Source of the DNA: a virus
IMG/VR virus record: IMGVR_UViG_3300045988_081423
DNA length: 64,000 nt
Direction: 5' to 3' (one strand)
Shown here: positions 46,584 through 56,000 of the stretch, piece by piece
Numbering within the stretch: the stretch's first letter is position 1
Layout: each line of letters begins with the position of its first letter
The notes under the pieces: generated by a model
Databases searched by the model: none
The model's input: only the letters and a program-made list of their open reading frames with translations
What the model was told of the DNA's origin: nothing
Translations under genes and position numbers: made by a program

Positions 46584-47105
46584 TTATTTGTTACTACTAC
46601 CAAGAGCGCCAATGCCACGTTCAGAATCAATCTTTTGTAGTTCTTCCACACTAATTTCAGAAAGATTTACAACTGGAACGTATTCAACAGCAAACTGAGC
46701 GATAGCTTTTGAGGTTGGAACATGAATTTCATCTTCGCTGTAAACAACTTCATCACCATAATTTGACAAAACAATATTTTTATCGTTGCCATTATAAATG
46801 GATACGAACCATTCTCCACGATACCCAGAGTCAATCTGTCCAGCCATAACAATCATGTTGGCTTTTGTGTTGGAACCACGCTCACGAATAGCAATGCGAT
46901 ATTTTCTGTCGAAAACACTATATAGACCAGTAGGAACTAGCTTATTTGTATGGGGTGGAATTACAAAGTTATTATCAATATTGGCATAAATATCATAGCA
47001 TCCATCTTCGTCACGCTTGGTAGGAAATTTAACCCACTGGTCTTTACGAGCAAACTTAATATCATCTACCCCACAAAAGGCATCAAAAATATCATCAAAA
47101 TACAT
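46584..47105 (-). CDS. dut: dUTPase
   Basis: GQIDSGYRGEW is dUTPase motif 3, and the C-terminal SERGIGALGSS resembles motif 5. 173 aa. Confidence 0.85.
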   Translation of the reverse strand: MYFDDIFDAFCGVDDIKFARKDQWVKFPTKRDEDGCYDIYANIDNNFVIPPHTNKLVPTGLYSVFDRKYRIAIRERGSNTKANMIVMAGQIDSGYRGEWFVSIYNGNDKNIVLSNYGDEVVYSEDEIHVPTSKAIAQFAVEYVPVVNLSEISVEELQKIDSERGIGALGSSNK

Positions 47106-47305
47106 TACAATTTCTCCTTATTCTTTTTATTTGTCATAACTTTATAATAATGGTCATCATATTCATCAAGCATACTCCATGCGTCCTGATATGTTACTCT
47201 TTTATCCGCTTTCATCAAAGAGTTAATATACCATGCTTGTTCAACGGCCTGATTTTTTCCGTATAAAAGTGACATAACAAGTTTAATATATCTCTTTCTC
47301 GTCAT
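47105..47305 (-). CDS. hypothetical protein
   Basis: AAGGAGA then ATG 47305, with an ATGA overlap onto the upstream stop. 66 aa. Confidence 0.4.
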   Translation of the reverse strand: MTRKRYIKLVMSLLYGKNQAVEQAWYINSLMKADKRVTYQDAWSMLDEYDDHYYKVMTNKKNKEKL

Positions 47306-47886
47306 ATACCAATCTCCTTTCTCCACTTATCATATTTTGCTTGCTTATTTCTTTCAATAAAGTCAAGCAAATCATCAATCTGTTTATTTACAAATTTAAT
47401 CTTTTCTTCATAAGACATTTCTTCAAAAGCTTTATGCTTTGTTTCTATAGTGTTATGATAGTCTAACTCTGTCCCTTTAACTACCTCTGATATTGGAGAC
47501 AAGCAAGTATATGATACCTGTTCACCAAATTCCGCAAGACTCTTATTACCATAATCACCTGAAACAGCCATCGTATCTTTTGTACCATCTAACGCAATAC
47601 TAATTATATTAAGCAAAGCATCATGTTGTACTGTCTCGATATTTTTCTGGTTTTGTTGTCTTTCATATTGACTTTTGTATTTTTCTACAATAGCTTTAAT
47701 GTAATAACTATTGCCACCGTTTAATCTATAATTATAATATGCCTCATAAACAAAACTATAATTATTCCAATCGCCGGACAGAGTAGCTTTACGATACTCT
47801 TTATCAATGCTGTTTCTTATATCCTCTAAGAAGGAGTCATTATTTGATTTCTTCTTTCTGGATTTGCAAACTGGTGAATAAGCCAT
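47302..47886 (-). CDS. hypothetical protein
   Basis: 194 aa with no recognisable motif. Confidence 0.45.
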   Translation of the reverse strand: MAYSPVCKSRKKKSNNDSFLEDIRNSIDKEYRKATLSGDWNNYSFVYEAYYNYRLNGGNSYYIKAIVEKYKSQYERQQNQKNIETVQHDALLNIISIALDGTKDTMAVSGDYGNKSLAEFGEQVSYTCLSPISEVVKGTELDYHNTIETKHKAFEEMSYEEKIKFVNKQIDDLLDFIERNKQAKYDKWRKEIGI

Positions 47887-47909
47887 TAAACACTCCTAAA
47901 AACAAAAAT

Positions 47910-48095
47910 TTATGAATACCATTTTTCGGTGTGTTCAAAAATATCAATACCTTTTTCAAATCCAAGTTTTTTAAGAGTATCACACATTACATCGTCCATC
48001 TCAATATGAGCGTCTTCTGTACGCCACTGATTTTCTGAGATGTATTTCATCTTCTTGTTAAATTCATCAATTATTTCTTGTGGAATATTATACAT
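47910..48095 (-). CDS. hypothetical protein
   Basis: AAGGAGAG RBS, 61 aa. Confidence 0.4.
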   Translation of the reverse strand: MYNIPQEIIDEFNKKMKYISENQWRTEDAHIEMDDVMCDTLKKLGFEKGIDIFEHTEKWYS

Positions 48096-48106
48096 AGTTA
48101 CTCTCC

Positions 48107-48382
48107 TTACTTGCTATACCAACCAAGTTGTTTCATTTTCTTTAGGATTAGCTTAGTTTCGTATCCAGTTAACCCAATACAAATATTACCCTTAAAATGC
48201 TTATCAAACGTATCCTTATCATAGGATTGAATAATATTGTTTCCATCTGTCTTATGAACAATAGTTAAGACTTGCATATATTTATAAATGTCATTATAGC
48301 GCTCATATACGACCGCCCACTTGTCTTCCTTTACTTTCTTAAAGCCGATTTCTTCTAGCTTCTTATCGGTACTCTTGAACAT
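48107..48382 (-). CDS. hypothetical protein
   Basis: AAAGGAGAATAATT then ATG 48382, abutting the upstream stop at 48385. Confidence 0.4.
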   Translation of the reverse strand: MFKSTDKKLEEIGFKKVKEDKWAVVYERYNDIYKYMQVLTIVHKTDGNNIIQSYDKDTFDKHFKGNICIGLTGYETKLILKKMKQLGWYSK

Positions 48383-48384
48383 AA

Positions 48385-48585
48385 TTATTCTCCTTTTGAA
48401 ATACAAACTGGATTTCCTCTACCACCAATCGGTTTTACTGGTTCTGGCTCTGGGATATAAGAAAACTTATAGCATTCAGGATGTTTATTGTAATCTTCAA
48501 TAAGCCATTGAACAGCATATCTCAGCATTTGCTTTTCTTGTTCTTTTGTTAATCCTTGAAGAGACCTATACTCTTTTTGTTCCAT
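48385..48585 (-). CDS. hypothetical protein
   Basis: GAGGT RBS, 66 aa. Confidence 0.4.
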   Translation of the reverse strand: MEQKEYRSLQGLTKEQEKQMLRYAVQWLIEDYNKHPECYKFSYIPEPEPVKPIGGRGNPVCISKGE

Positions 48586-48943
48586 TAATATTATACCTCT
48601 TAATTCTATTCTCTGTCAAGTGGGTAATTTGACATAAGTCAGAATTTTCTTTCTTTATAGGGTTCTCGAATATGCCATCGTTTTCAAGTTCTGCCAAATC
48701 ACCTCTACTCCCAATTTCGTTAATCATTTTAACAAAATTTGTTTGAATTGATAGTTTTGCCATTTTCTCAAGAAAATCATCCTCTTCTGAAATTTTCATC
48801 CAATACTTGTCAAATTCTTCTGCGGAAGCATATAGAAGTATACGACGCATTTCTATCCAAAATTCTTTTTCTTCTGGTTTACAAGTTCTTATAATATCTA
48901 TAGTTGCTTCTGCCATTAAAAGTTTTGATTCTAGTTCTGTCAT
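48566..48943 (-). CDS. hypothetical protein
   Basis: ATG 48943 overlaps the upstream stop (ATGA). The longer track ORF, starting at 48988, would overlap by 49 nt. Confidence 0.4.
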   Translation of the reverse strand: MTELESKLLMAEATIDIIRTCKPEEKEFWIEMRRILLYASAEEFDKYWMKISEEDDFLEKMAKLSIQTNFVKMINEIGSRGDLAELENDGIFENPIKKENSDLCQITHLTENRIKRYNINGTKRV

Positions 48944-49134
48944 AGTAGTATTATATCTCCAAACGTAATCATAATAGGGCACCCGCAATTAGGACAATTA
49001 ACATATTTACAGCCGTTTTCATTTATTTTTATATCTGTGTCATCCTTATAATAACGAATGTATTTACCACAATTAACGCAAGGCTCTGTAAAATAACGAT
49101 TATTCGGCAATTTTATATCTATTGCATAAGCCAT
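48940..49134 (-). CDS. small Zn-ribbon protein
   Basis: Two Cys pairs, CVNCGK....CPNCGC. 64 aa. Confidence 0.45.
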   Translation of the reverse strand: MAYAIDIKLPNNRYFTEPCVNCGKYIRYYKDDTDIKINENGCKYVNCPNCGCPIMITFGDIILL

Positions 49135-49167
49135 AGTCTCACCTCATTTGATAATGAAAGAAATCTT

Positions 49168-49431
49168 TTATTCCTTAATGATAGTTTTTAAAATTGTATT
49201 GTTAAGTGAGTCTGTCCACATAATAGGGATAAGAGATTCTGAAACAAATTCTACTATTTCATCACAATCAGAGAAATACCAATCGTTGCTAAAATAATCA
49301 CGTTTAATTTCGTGTACTTCAAATTTATTAGATGAAATATTTTTGAATACCATCCATATTTCTCTACTATTTGTTCCAGTAGGAAGCCCATATTCTTCTA
49401 TTGAATACCAATAAATTGTTTGTTCAATCAT
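49168..49431 (-). CDS. hypothetical protein (paralogue of 49471-49761)
   Basis: MIEQTIYWYSIEE...WMVFKN...FEVHEI...PIMWTDSLNNTILKTI aligns with the neighbouring gene. Confidence 0.45.
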   Translation of the reverse strand: MIEQTIYWYSIEEYGLPTGTNSREIWMVFKNISSNKFEVHEIKRDYFSNDWYFSDCDEIVEFVSESLIPIMWTDSLNNTILKTIIKE

Positions 49432-49470
49432 CGTTCGTCCCCGTCTTCTATTATTCTTCCAAATTATTTA

Positions 49471-49761
49471 TCAAGACATAATATCTGCGTTACCAGAAAC
49501 AATATCTTCTTCCAAGGTTTTCAGCATATCCTGATTAAACGCTTCCGTCCATGCAATAGGGGTATATGTTGCACTATCGAAATCTACTTCGTACCAGTCT
49601 TCAAAGAACCAACCTTCATCTTCAACAACATCAAAGATGCGACAAATTCTTTGAACCTCAAGTTTATCAGTAAATCCATTTCTGAATAATACCCAAACTT
49701 CTTTACACGAGTTCCGAAATCCATCTTTCATTGAATGCCAAATAACTTCTTGTTTAATCAT
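49471..49761 (-). CDS. hypothetical protein (paralogue of 49168-49431)
   Basis: MIKQEVIWHSMKD...WVLFRN...LEVQRI...PIAWTEAFNQDMLKTL. Confidence 0.45.
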   Translation of the reverse strand: MIKQEVIWHSMKDGFRNSCKEVWVLFRNGFTDKLEVQRICRIFDVVEDEGWFFEDWYEVDFDSATYTPIAWTEAFNQDMLKTLEEDIVSGNADIMS

Positions 49762-50210
49762 AGCAAATGCCTCAGTCCACTTATATATTTTTCTTTTAAC
49801 CTATCGGTTAATGTATCTAATAGAATCAAATGGTCTTTAATGTCTGCCAATTTAACAAACCATGCAATCTGACCATAACGTGTTCTAGCACTATCATGAA
49901 TACGTTCACAATAATCTTCGTACTTCTCACCTTTATTTGTAAGAAGCCTTAGAGCTTTATAGGCGCATTCATAATCAGGATACAACTCGTATGGCTCATA
50001 ATCTGTATCTTCTAACAAGTCGTGCATCATGGCAACACACCAGCATTCATTACGAATATCAATAGGAATTGCTTCATTATCAGAAGTATAATCGGATACA
50101 CGCTTGGCGTGGTCAAATGTCTCTTTGTCATAGTATGTTCTCGCCGCATGAACTGCAATCTTCATAAGTTTATAAGATGGCGTATCTAAAACAGATGGAT
50201 ATCCTTCCAT
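49758..50210 (-). CDS. HD-domain phosphohydrolase of the RelA/SpoT hydrolase type (small alarmone hydrolase-like)
   Basis: FDHAKRVSDY, VAMMHDLLEDT and VKLADIKDHL follow the SpoT/Mesh1 hydrolase motif order (H..; HDxxED; KLADR..N). Confidence 0.6.
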   Translation of the reverse strand: MEGYPSVLDTPSYKLMKIAVHAARTYYDKETFDHAKRVSDYTSDNEAIPIDIRNECWCVAMMHDLLEDTDYEPYELYPDYECAYKALRLLTNKGEKYEDYCERIHDSARTRYGQIAWFVKLADIKDHLILLDTLTDRLKEKYISGLRHLL

Positions 50211-50483
50211 TTAATACCACTTCCTTTTATAATCATTGCAAATTTCTGGTGGACTGTTAAATTTACTGGGTCTACAGTTACAATTATAAGTCCATGTTGC
50301 ATTACTATCTTTATATTTTAGGTATTTACAAGTGTCACAAAGCGGCAAATTTGACGGCTGTTCCTTTTGAGCTTTCTTTGATGCTTTATAAATCAGAATC
50401 AAAATACGAAGAATATAACTCAAACCAAGAATCAGAAGAACACCAATTCCAATTTTAATAAATTGCCAAATAAAATTAATCAT
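50211..50483 (-). CDS. small membrane protein with a Cys-rich C-terminus
   Basis: ATG 50483 follows GGAAGGA. TM segment IKIGIGVLLILGLSYILRILILIY, then CDTCKY..YNCNC..EICNDY. Confidence 0.4.
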   Translation of the reverse strand: MINFIWQFIKIGIGVLLILGLSYILRILILIYKASKKAQKEQPSNLPLCDTCKYLKYKDSNATWTYNCNCRPSKFNSPPEICNDYKRKWY

Positions 50484-50485
50484 AA

Positions 50486-50707
50486 TTAAATATCCTTCCA
50501 CCATTCTGAAATATCTCTTGAGTCAATCTCCGTATTTGTTGTTGATTCTCGGAAGCACTCACACGAACTATCCCACACTGCAATTACACATTCTGTGTCC
50601 TTTTCAATTTTATATCCATAGCGTTCATGGAAATACAAATTTAGAAGATATGGCATTCCGTTTTTGAAATATTCAGGGATAGGTTCATCAAATACATAAA
50701 CCCACAT
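50486..50707 (-). CDS. hypothetical protein
   Basis: AGGAGG RBS, 73 aa. Confidence 0.4.
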   Translation of the reverse strand: MWVYVFDEPIPEYFKNGMPYLLNLYFHERYGYKIEKDTECVIAVWDSSCECFRESTTNTEIDSRDISEWWKDI

Positions 50708-50718
50708 ATATCCTCCTG

Positions 50719-50889
50719 TTAAAAATAGCCGTTTTCTAACGCCCAGTTATCCATTGATAACAGCTTAAACATTTCGATATTTTCAGAGATATATTTTGTT
50801 GCATCTTCTTTTGTTGTACCTGTAAATGGTTTACCCACAAACTCTTGAATATCAGCAATAAAGTCAAGTTGTTTTTGGGTCGGTTTCAT
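50719..50889 (-). CDS. hypothetical protein
   Basis: GGAGG plus 7 nt then ATG 50889 (the track start 50913 lacks an RBS). Confidence 0.4.
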   Translation of the reverse strand: MKPTQKQLDFIADIQEFVGKPFTGTTKEDATKYISENIEMFKLLSMDNWALENGYF

Positions 50890-50915
50890 AAATTTACCTC
50901 CATCAAAATTCATTT

Positions 50916-52130
50916 TTATTCACCAGCTTTGAAGTTATAAACAGGTTTGATGTGATTTATAATTTCAACAGTAGGAGAAATTGCGTCGATAATTTCCTGT
51001 GATGGTTTATATGCCATTGGGCATTCATCCAGCGTATCTTCGTTCACAGAGGTTGAATAAATTCCATCCATCTGCTTCTTGAACTCGTCTATGCTAAATG
51101 CTTTCTTAGCTGCCGCCCGGCTATACATTCTGCCAGCACCATGAGGTGCAGAGTAGTTCCAATCAGAGTTTCCTTTTCCAATACAAATCAGACTCCCATC
51201 TTTCATATTGAGAGGAATAATCAACTTCTCGTCCTTTTTGGCAGAAACAGAACCTTTTCTAATAATGTTATCAGACATATCAATATAATTATGAACCGTT
51301 TGGAAAAAATGAATTTCTGGAATCTTTTTCTGTAGACCAACACCATTAAGGATTTCATTCATAATATGAAGTCTGTTCATAGTTGCAAATCTCTGGCAAA
51401 TAAGCATATCACAAAGATATGCTTCACGGTCTTCACCCTCAAGATAACAAAGTTCATTTGGGATATCAGGGAACTTAAAATTTAACTCAAAAAGTTTCTG
51501 GGAAATTTCTTTTTCTCTTCCCTCTGCCTTTAACTGCTTGACAAGAGCATTAATAGCCTCTTTCTTTTTGTTCTTACCTTTTAGATTTGAAATCGCAACA
51601 TTTTGGTGGTACTCTGCTACCTGTTTTCCAAGATTGCGGCTTCCAGTGTGAATCACTAAATACTGATTATCGTCGTCGTCTTCATCCAGTTCGATAAAGT
51701 GATTACCGCCACCAAGAGTTCCAAGACTACGAACAATCCAGTCGATATTATGCAAGAAGTCTTTACAAGTTAAATTATACAAGAAATTCTCTTCGAGAGT
51801 TGGTTTTTCATGAACAGCCATTCCGGCAGGAATACGCGCATGGATTACATCGTCTAGTTTCTTAGGGTCAATATAGTTCTTGCCAAGTTCAGCGACCAAC
51901 ATACCACAACCGATATCTACACCAACAATGGAAGGAATAACCTTATTCCCTAAGTCAGCGGTAAAACCAATAACGCAACCAGTACCAGCATGAACATCAG
52001 GCATAATACGGATTTTGCATCCATCCACAAAACTCTGATTACACAAAGTTAGAATCTGCTGAGATGCGGATTCTTCAATGTTATCAGTAAATACTTTTGC
52101 GGCAGCGTATTTACCCTCAATCAGCTTCAT
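50916..52130 (-). CDS. rtcB: RtcB RNA 3'-phosphate ligase
   Basis: MPDVHAGTGCVIGF, GVDIGCGM, GGGNHFIE, IHTGSRNLG, VHNYI, APHGAGR. This is the full RtcB metal/GMP-His motif set. Confidence 0.9.
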   Translation of the reverse strand: MKLIEGKYAAAKVFTDNIEESASQQILTLCNQSFVDGCKIRIMPDVHAGTGCVIGFTADLGNKVIPSIVGVDIGCGMLVAELGKNYIDPKKLDDVIHARIPAGMAVHEKPTLEENFLYNLTCKDFLHNIDWIVRSLGTLGGGNHFIELDEDDDDNQYLVIHTGSRNLGKQVAEYHQNVAISNLKGKNKKKEAINALVKQLKAEGREKEISQKLFELNFKFPDIPNELCYLEGEDREAYLCDMLICQRFATMNRLHIMNEILNGVGLQKKIPEIHFFQTVHNYIDMSDNIIRKGSVSAKKDEKLIIPLNMKDGSLICIGKGNSDWNYSAPHGAGRMYSRAAAKKAFSIDEFKKQMDGIYSTSVNEDTLDECPMAYKPSQEIIDAISPTVEIINHIKPVYNFKAGE

Positions 52131-52140
52131 TTAAATCACC

Positions 52141-52398
52141 TCATTCAATATAGTCATCATAAATTGTAATAACTGGAAGCGGTTTATTTCTTTCGATTAT
52201 AAGCTTGCGGTTAACTGCGCCTTCGAGCATCATTAACCCTTCGAGAGAACTAAGGTCGATAAATCCATAATGCTCAGTAAAATAAGACCTTTTTATGCTT
52301 ATTGGCGTAAAATTAAACTCTTTAAGAACAGGATATGTTTCTTCGAGCGGTTTATTCCAATAACCGACAGACTTAATCTTAAATTTCATATTATTCAC
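52141..52398 (-). CDS. hypothetical protein
   Basis: 85 aa, lying between the kinase-like gene and rtcB. Confidence 0.4.
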   Translation of the reverse strand: MNNMKFKIKSVGYWNKPLEETYPVLKEFNFTPISIKRSYFTEHYGFIDLSSLEGLMMLEGAVNRKLIIERNKPLPVITIYDDYIE

Positions 52399-52996
52399 CC
52401 AACTTAATAGTCACACCATTGTCGATTTCAATTGGATATTTACAAGTTCCATCATTAAAACATTCGTATTTAATAAACCTATCAGCATTATTCATGAGAA
52501 CTTTCTTATCATGGCGATTCCAAATAATATAGTCATAATTATAATTTAGAACGTCCATGTCGCTCTCATTGGATGCTTTTGCTTCTGCCTCTGGATTACG
52601 AATTAAAACCGTCTTTGCATGGAACTCTTTCTTATACTTATCAATTTCTTCTGGTTCACGAACATCAATAAACACAAGAGTATATTCGTAATTAAAAATA
52701 TAATTCTGTGTGATATGCGCAGTTGGTTCTGTCCAATAATGAATCTGTTTAACGGTTTCTTTAAACGGTACGTCATCATATTTCGTAAGAAGATGTTTTA
52801 GACCGCTAAGAAGGTTACGGCCCTTTTCGTCCTTGTTGCCATCCCAACCAAGCTTATATGCTATTTCTTTAACCCAACCAACGCTAGAAAACTGGAAACA
52901 AAAAATCTTGTGTCCGTCATAACCGTTACACATATTCACGAAGGTATCTTTACCAGCAGTAGATACGCCATTAAGAATATAATATTTTACATTCAT
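52391..52996 (-). CDS. P-loop kinase, T4 gp1 (dNMP kinase)-like
   Basis: ILNGVSTAGKDT P-loop, VKEIAYKLGWDG, and FIDVREPEEID..AKTVLIRNP parallel T4 Dmk (GVKRSGKDT ... DTR..E.d...GA.vi.v.R). Confidence 0.5.
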   Translation of the reverse strand: MNVKYYILNGVSTAGKDTFVNMCNGYDGHKIFCFQFSSVGWVKEIAYKLGWDGNKDEKGRNLLSGLKHLLTKYDDVPFKETVKQIHYWTEPTAHITQNYIFNYEYTLVFIDVREPEEIDKYKKEFHAKTVLIRNPEAEAKASNESDMDVLNYNYDYIIWNRHDKKVLMNNADRFIKYECFNDGTCKYPIEIDNGVTIKLGE

Positions 52997-53021
52997 TTAT
53001 AATCCCTCACTCTCTATAAGT

Positions 53022-53061
53022 ATTATAGCAAAAAGGGCAGGGTTTGTCAATACCCTGCCCT
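53022..53061 (-). promoter_or_regulatory. composite terminator/promoter: dnaE terminator hairpin with the -35 box in its loop
   Basis: On the minus strand, AGGGCAGGGT-aTTGACAa-ACCCTGCCCT is followed by TTTTT. The -35 TTGACA is at 53045-53050, the spacer is 17 nt, and TATAAT is at 53022-53027. Confidence 0.7.
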
Positions 53062-53070
53062 AAAACAATT

Positions 53071-56000
53071 TTAAATATTTACAAGGACTTCATAGTTAGT
53101 TATGTGCCAATAATCTTTCTGTTTTTCAAGATGCTTACAGAGTATTACATCGCCAACTTGAAATTCTTCATGGTAATTTTTAGAAGTAATAGTGTAATTA
53201 GATTGTTTACCGCTACCAATACTTTGTGCCGTAATCTGTCTAGCCCACGTCTTACCACTAGCCTTAGACTTTAGTGTTTTAACGTCAAGAATATACAGCT
53301 TTGGTCTATCCTCTTGCTTTCCAGTCGCAATATCGACATAACCCATGTATTCTTTTTGAATTTCTGCCTTTTCTTTAATGGTCATTGGTTTGATACCTAA
53401 TGACATAATTAGAGTTTCGCATTCATTCATAATAGCACTATTATCTAGTTGAGTATAAGACTTAGACTCCTTACCAGCTTTAGTAGTGCCGATGGAATGT
53501 CTTTCTACAATCGCCTTTACGACATCGCTGTTAGCTAGTTTTTCTTTTTTCAAAGTCTTTGCTGTGCCAAACATATCATACATCTTAACAAGACGCAGAA
53601 GTTCTTTCGCGTTACCAAATTCCTCAAAGAAGTCTAGCTTAATAAGAATATCTAATTGACGAGCATTTACAGAAGTCTTTTCGTAAATGTCTCGTAGTAG
53701 GTCTACAAAGGAATTGTAATGGTTGTCTCGTAGACTATACAGGTCGTCAGCGCAAGACTGATTCATAAATTTTACAGAACCAATACCTTTGTAAATTGAA
53801 TGAGATTCTTTATCAGGAAAATATTCGGCTTTGGAGTGTCTAAACTTAGGGGGTAGAATTTTAATTTTCTTTTTTGTTGCATAAGTTGTCGCTTCAATTG
53901 TACGCTCTGAATTTCCTTGCCATTCATTTAAGCAACAACTCAGAAATTCAAGAGGATAATAATAACGAAGCCAAGCGCACTCATAAGAGATGTAAGCGTA
54001 ACTGTAAGAGTGGATGGAAGAAAAACTATAACGAGTGGCATAAAGAATGCAATTTAGAAAAACATCCATAATTTCGTCTGTTTTGGCATCCGAAAGATGG
54101 TATCTTAGTTTTGCGTTCTCTTCAAAGCCTTTGCGAATAATCGGTAATTGGTCGCGCGTCCCTGCCTTCTTTGCAACACAATTGTGACATACAATACCGT
54201 CTGCAATAAAATTATGAGTATCTTCTACTTCAATGTCAAATACTTCGCACAAGCCATTTTCTGTAATGGACATAACACGTTGAGTTATAAAATCTCCCGT
54301 TAAAAGCTCGTAAGTGTGTGGCATATAAAGGTTTTCAGATAGCTTTTTGGCAGTTTCAATATTAATTGGATACCCGTTTGTTATATCATAGTCCCTTCCG
54401 AAAAGTTCCAAGAATAATCCTCTTGATGAAGCGCCGATGTTTTTACAGTAATCCACTGCCTCTTTTTTACAACTGCTTGGCAAGAAATACCTATAGGTGT
54501 CGTTAATATCAATCATCTCTTGCAATTCCGCTTTTTTCTTTCCAACAATAAACGGCATAATATAATGTTGAAAATTTCCAAGAGAAACTTTATCTGCAAT
54601 GGTTAATGTATAAGACAGGTAATTATACCCTTTAACCTTTTTTGAGGCAACTACAGAATAAATACCAAATTTATAAAGCTGAGCCTGTAACTGATAAGCA
54701 AGATTCGGACTGATTGTGGAATATTCGATAGCCTTTCTCGTAAAGTTGTAAGCCCCATCCGTGTTAAATAAGCCAGCCAGAAAATTTGCTAATTTTTCTG
54801 TCATAGAATATTTCTGAATTTGCAGCGGGATTTCTTTCTCTTGGGATTTGTGTTTCATATCAAATCCCAAAATTAGATTCCATACTGCATCCTTAAATTT
54901 CCCGCTATAGATATGAATATAGTGGATTTTGTCTACTGTTTTTCCATCTGCTGTAAATTCATAAAATTCAGGGGTTCCACTTTTTTGCGTTTGTTTAACT
55001 GCTGATTTAAATTTATCAATAATTTCAGGGTCAGAATTAGTAAAACTTAAATGTTCTTTTGCGAAAATAGTTCCGTCTCCAATAAGAGCGCCCAACATCC
55101 ATAGAATGTCATTTGCAGGCTTGCGATTACTTTTGATACCATCATTAAAATTTTTAAGCTTTTTAGGAGTAAAAACAAAATCTCCAACTTTGATATCTTT
55201 TGCCTCTATAAAACCTCTCTGAGTCAAAATTCTATGGTCTTTGGTACAATGAATTTTGAAACCACAATCACAATTGATGCTAATAGTGTCTTTAATACCA
55301 TTATTAAACCAATTAGTTACTTTTTTGGATGTGATTAAGTTTTTCTCTTTAGAAGCAACAAAATCTCCAACTTTAACGTCTTCAATATTTTTTAGAGAAC
55401 CATCTGACATCAAAATTCTTGAACCACGAACAATACATTTTCTGAGTTTATCGCTTTGTAGGAATGTATACCCGCAAAATTTTTGTACAAAAGACATCTG
55501 GGACTCCTGCATGATAGGATACCCCATTTCACTTGCGAGTAAATCATCAATATCTTTTACGCCAGAGACATAACCCTCACCCTGAACGGCTTTCGGATAA
55601 ACTTCTTTTCCGCAAGGACGAATCAATGCACTGATATAGGCAAATAGGTCAAACTTGGTAATAGAAGGATTAGACTTCTTGATTTTGCACCAGACTTTAT
55701 CAGAATACATCTGAGAAACAGTTCTCGCGCCGTAAGGGCTGTTAACCTCAAAAATCAAAGAGGTGTCGTCACGAACCGATTCCCAAACTTTATCGTCATT
55801 AACGTCAACAGTTTTAGCAGTTAATTTTGGAATATTTGCGAGTTTGCAACTTTTATTGATACAGGAGACGTTAGTCAAGCCTAATACGTCCTCCTTCACA
55901 AAATTCAAAGAGTCAAGCTCTTTCATATTCAGAACGGAAACAGGGTATTCATCTCCACTAAGATAACAAGTACCAATTTCTGATTCTAGGTCAACAGTAG

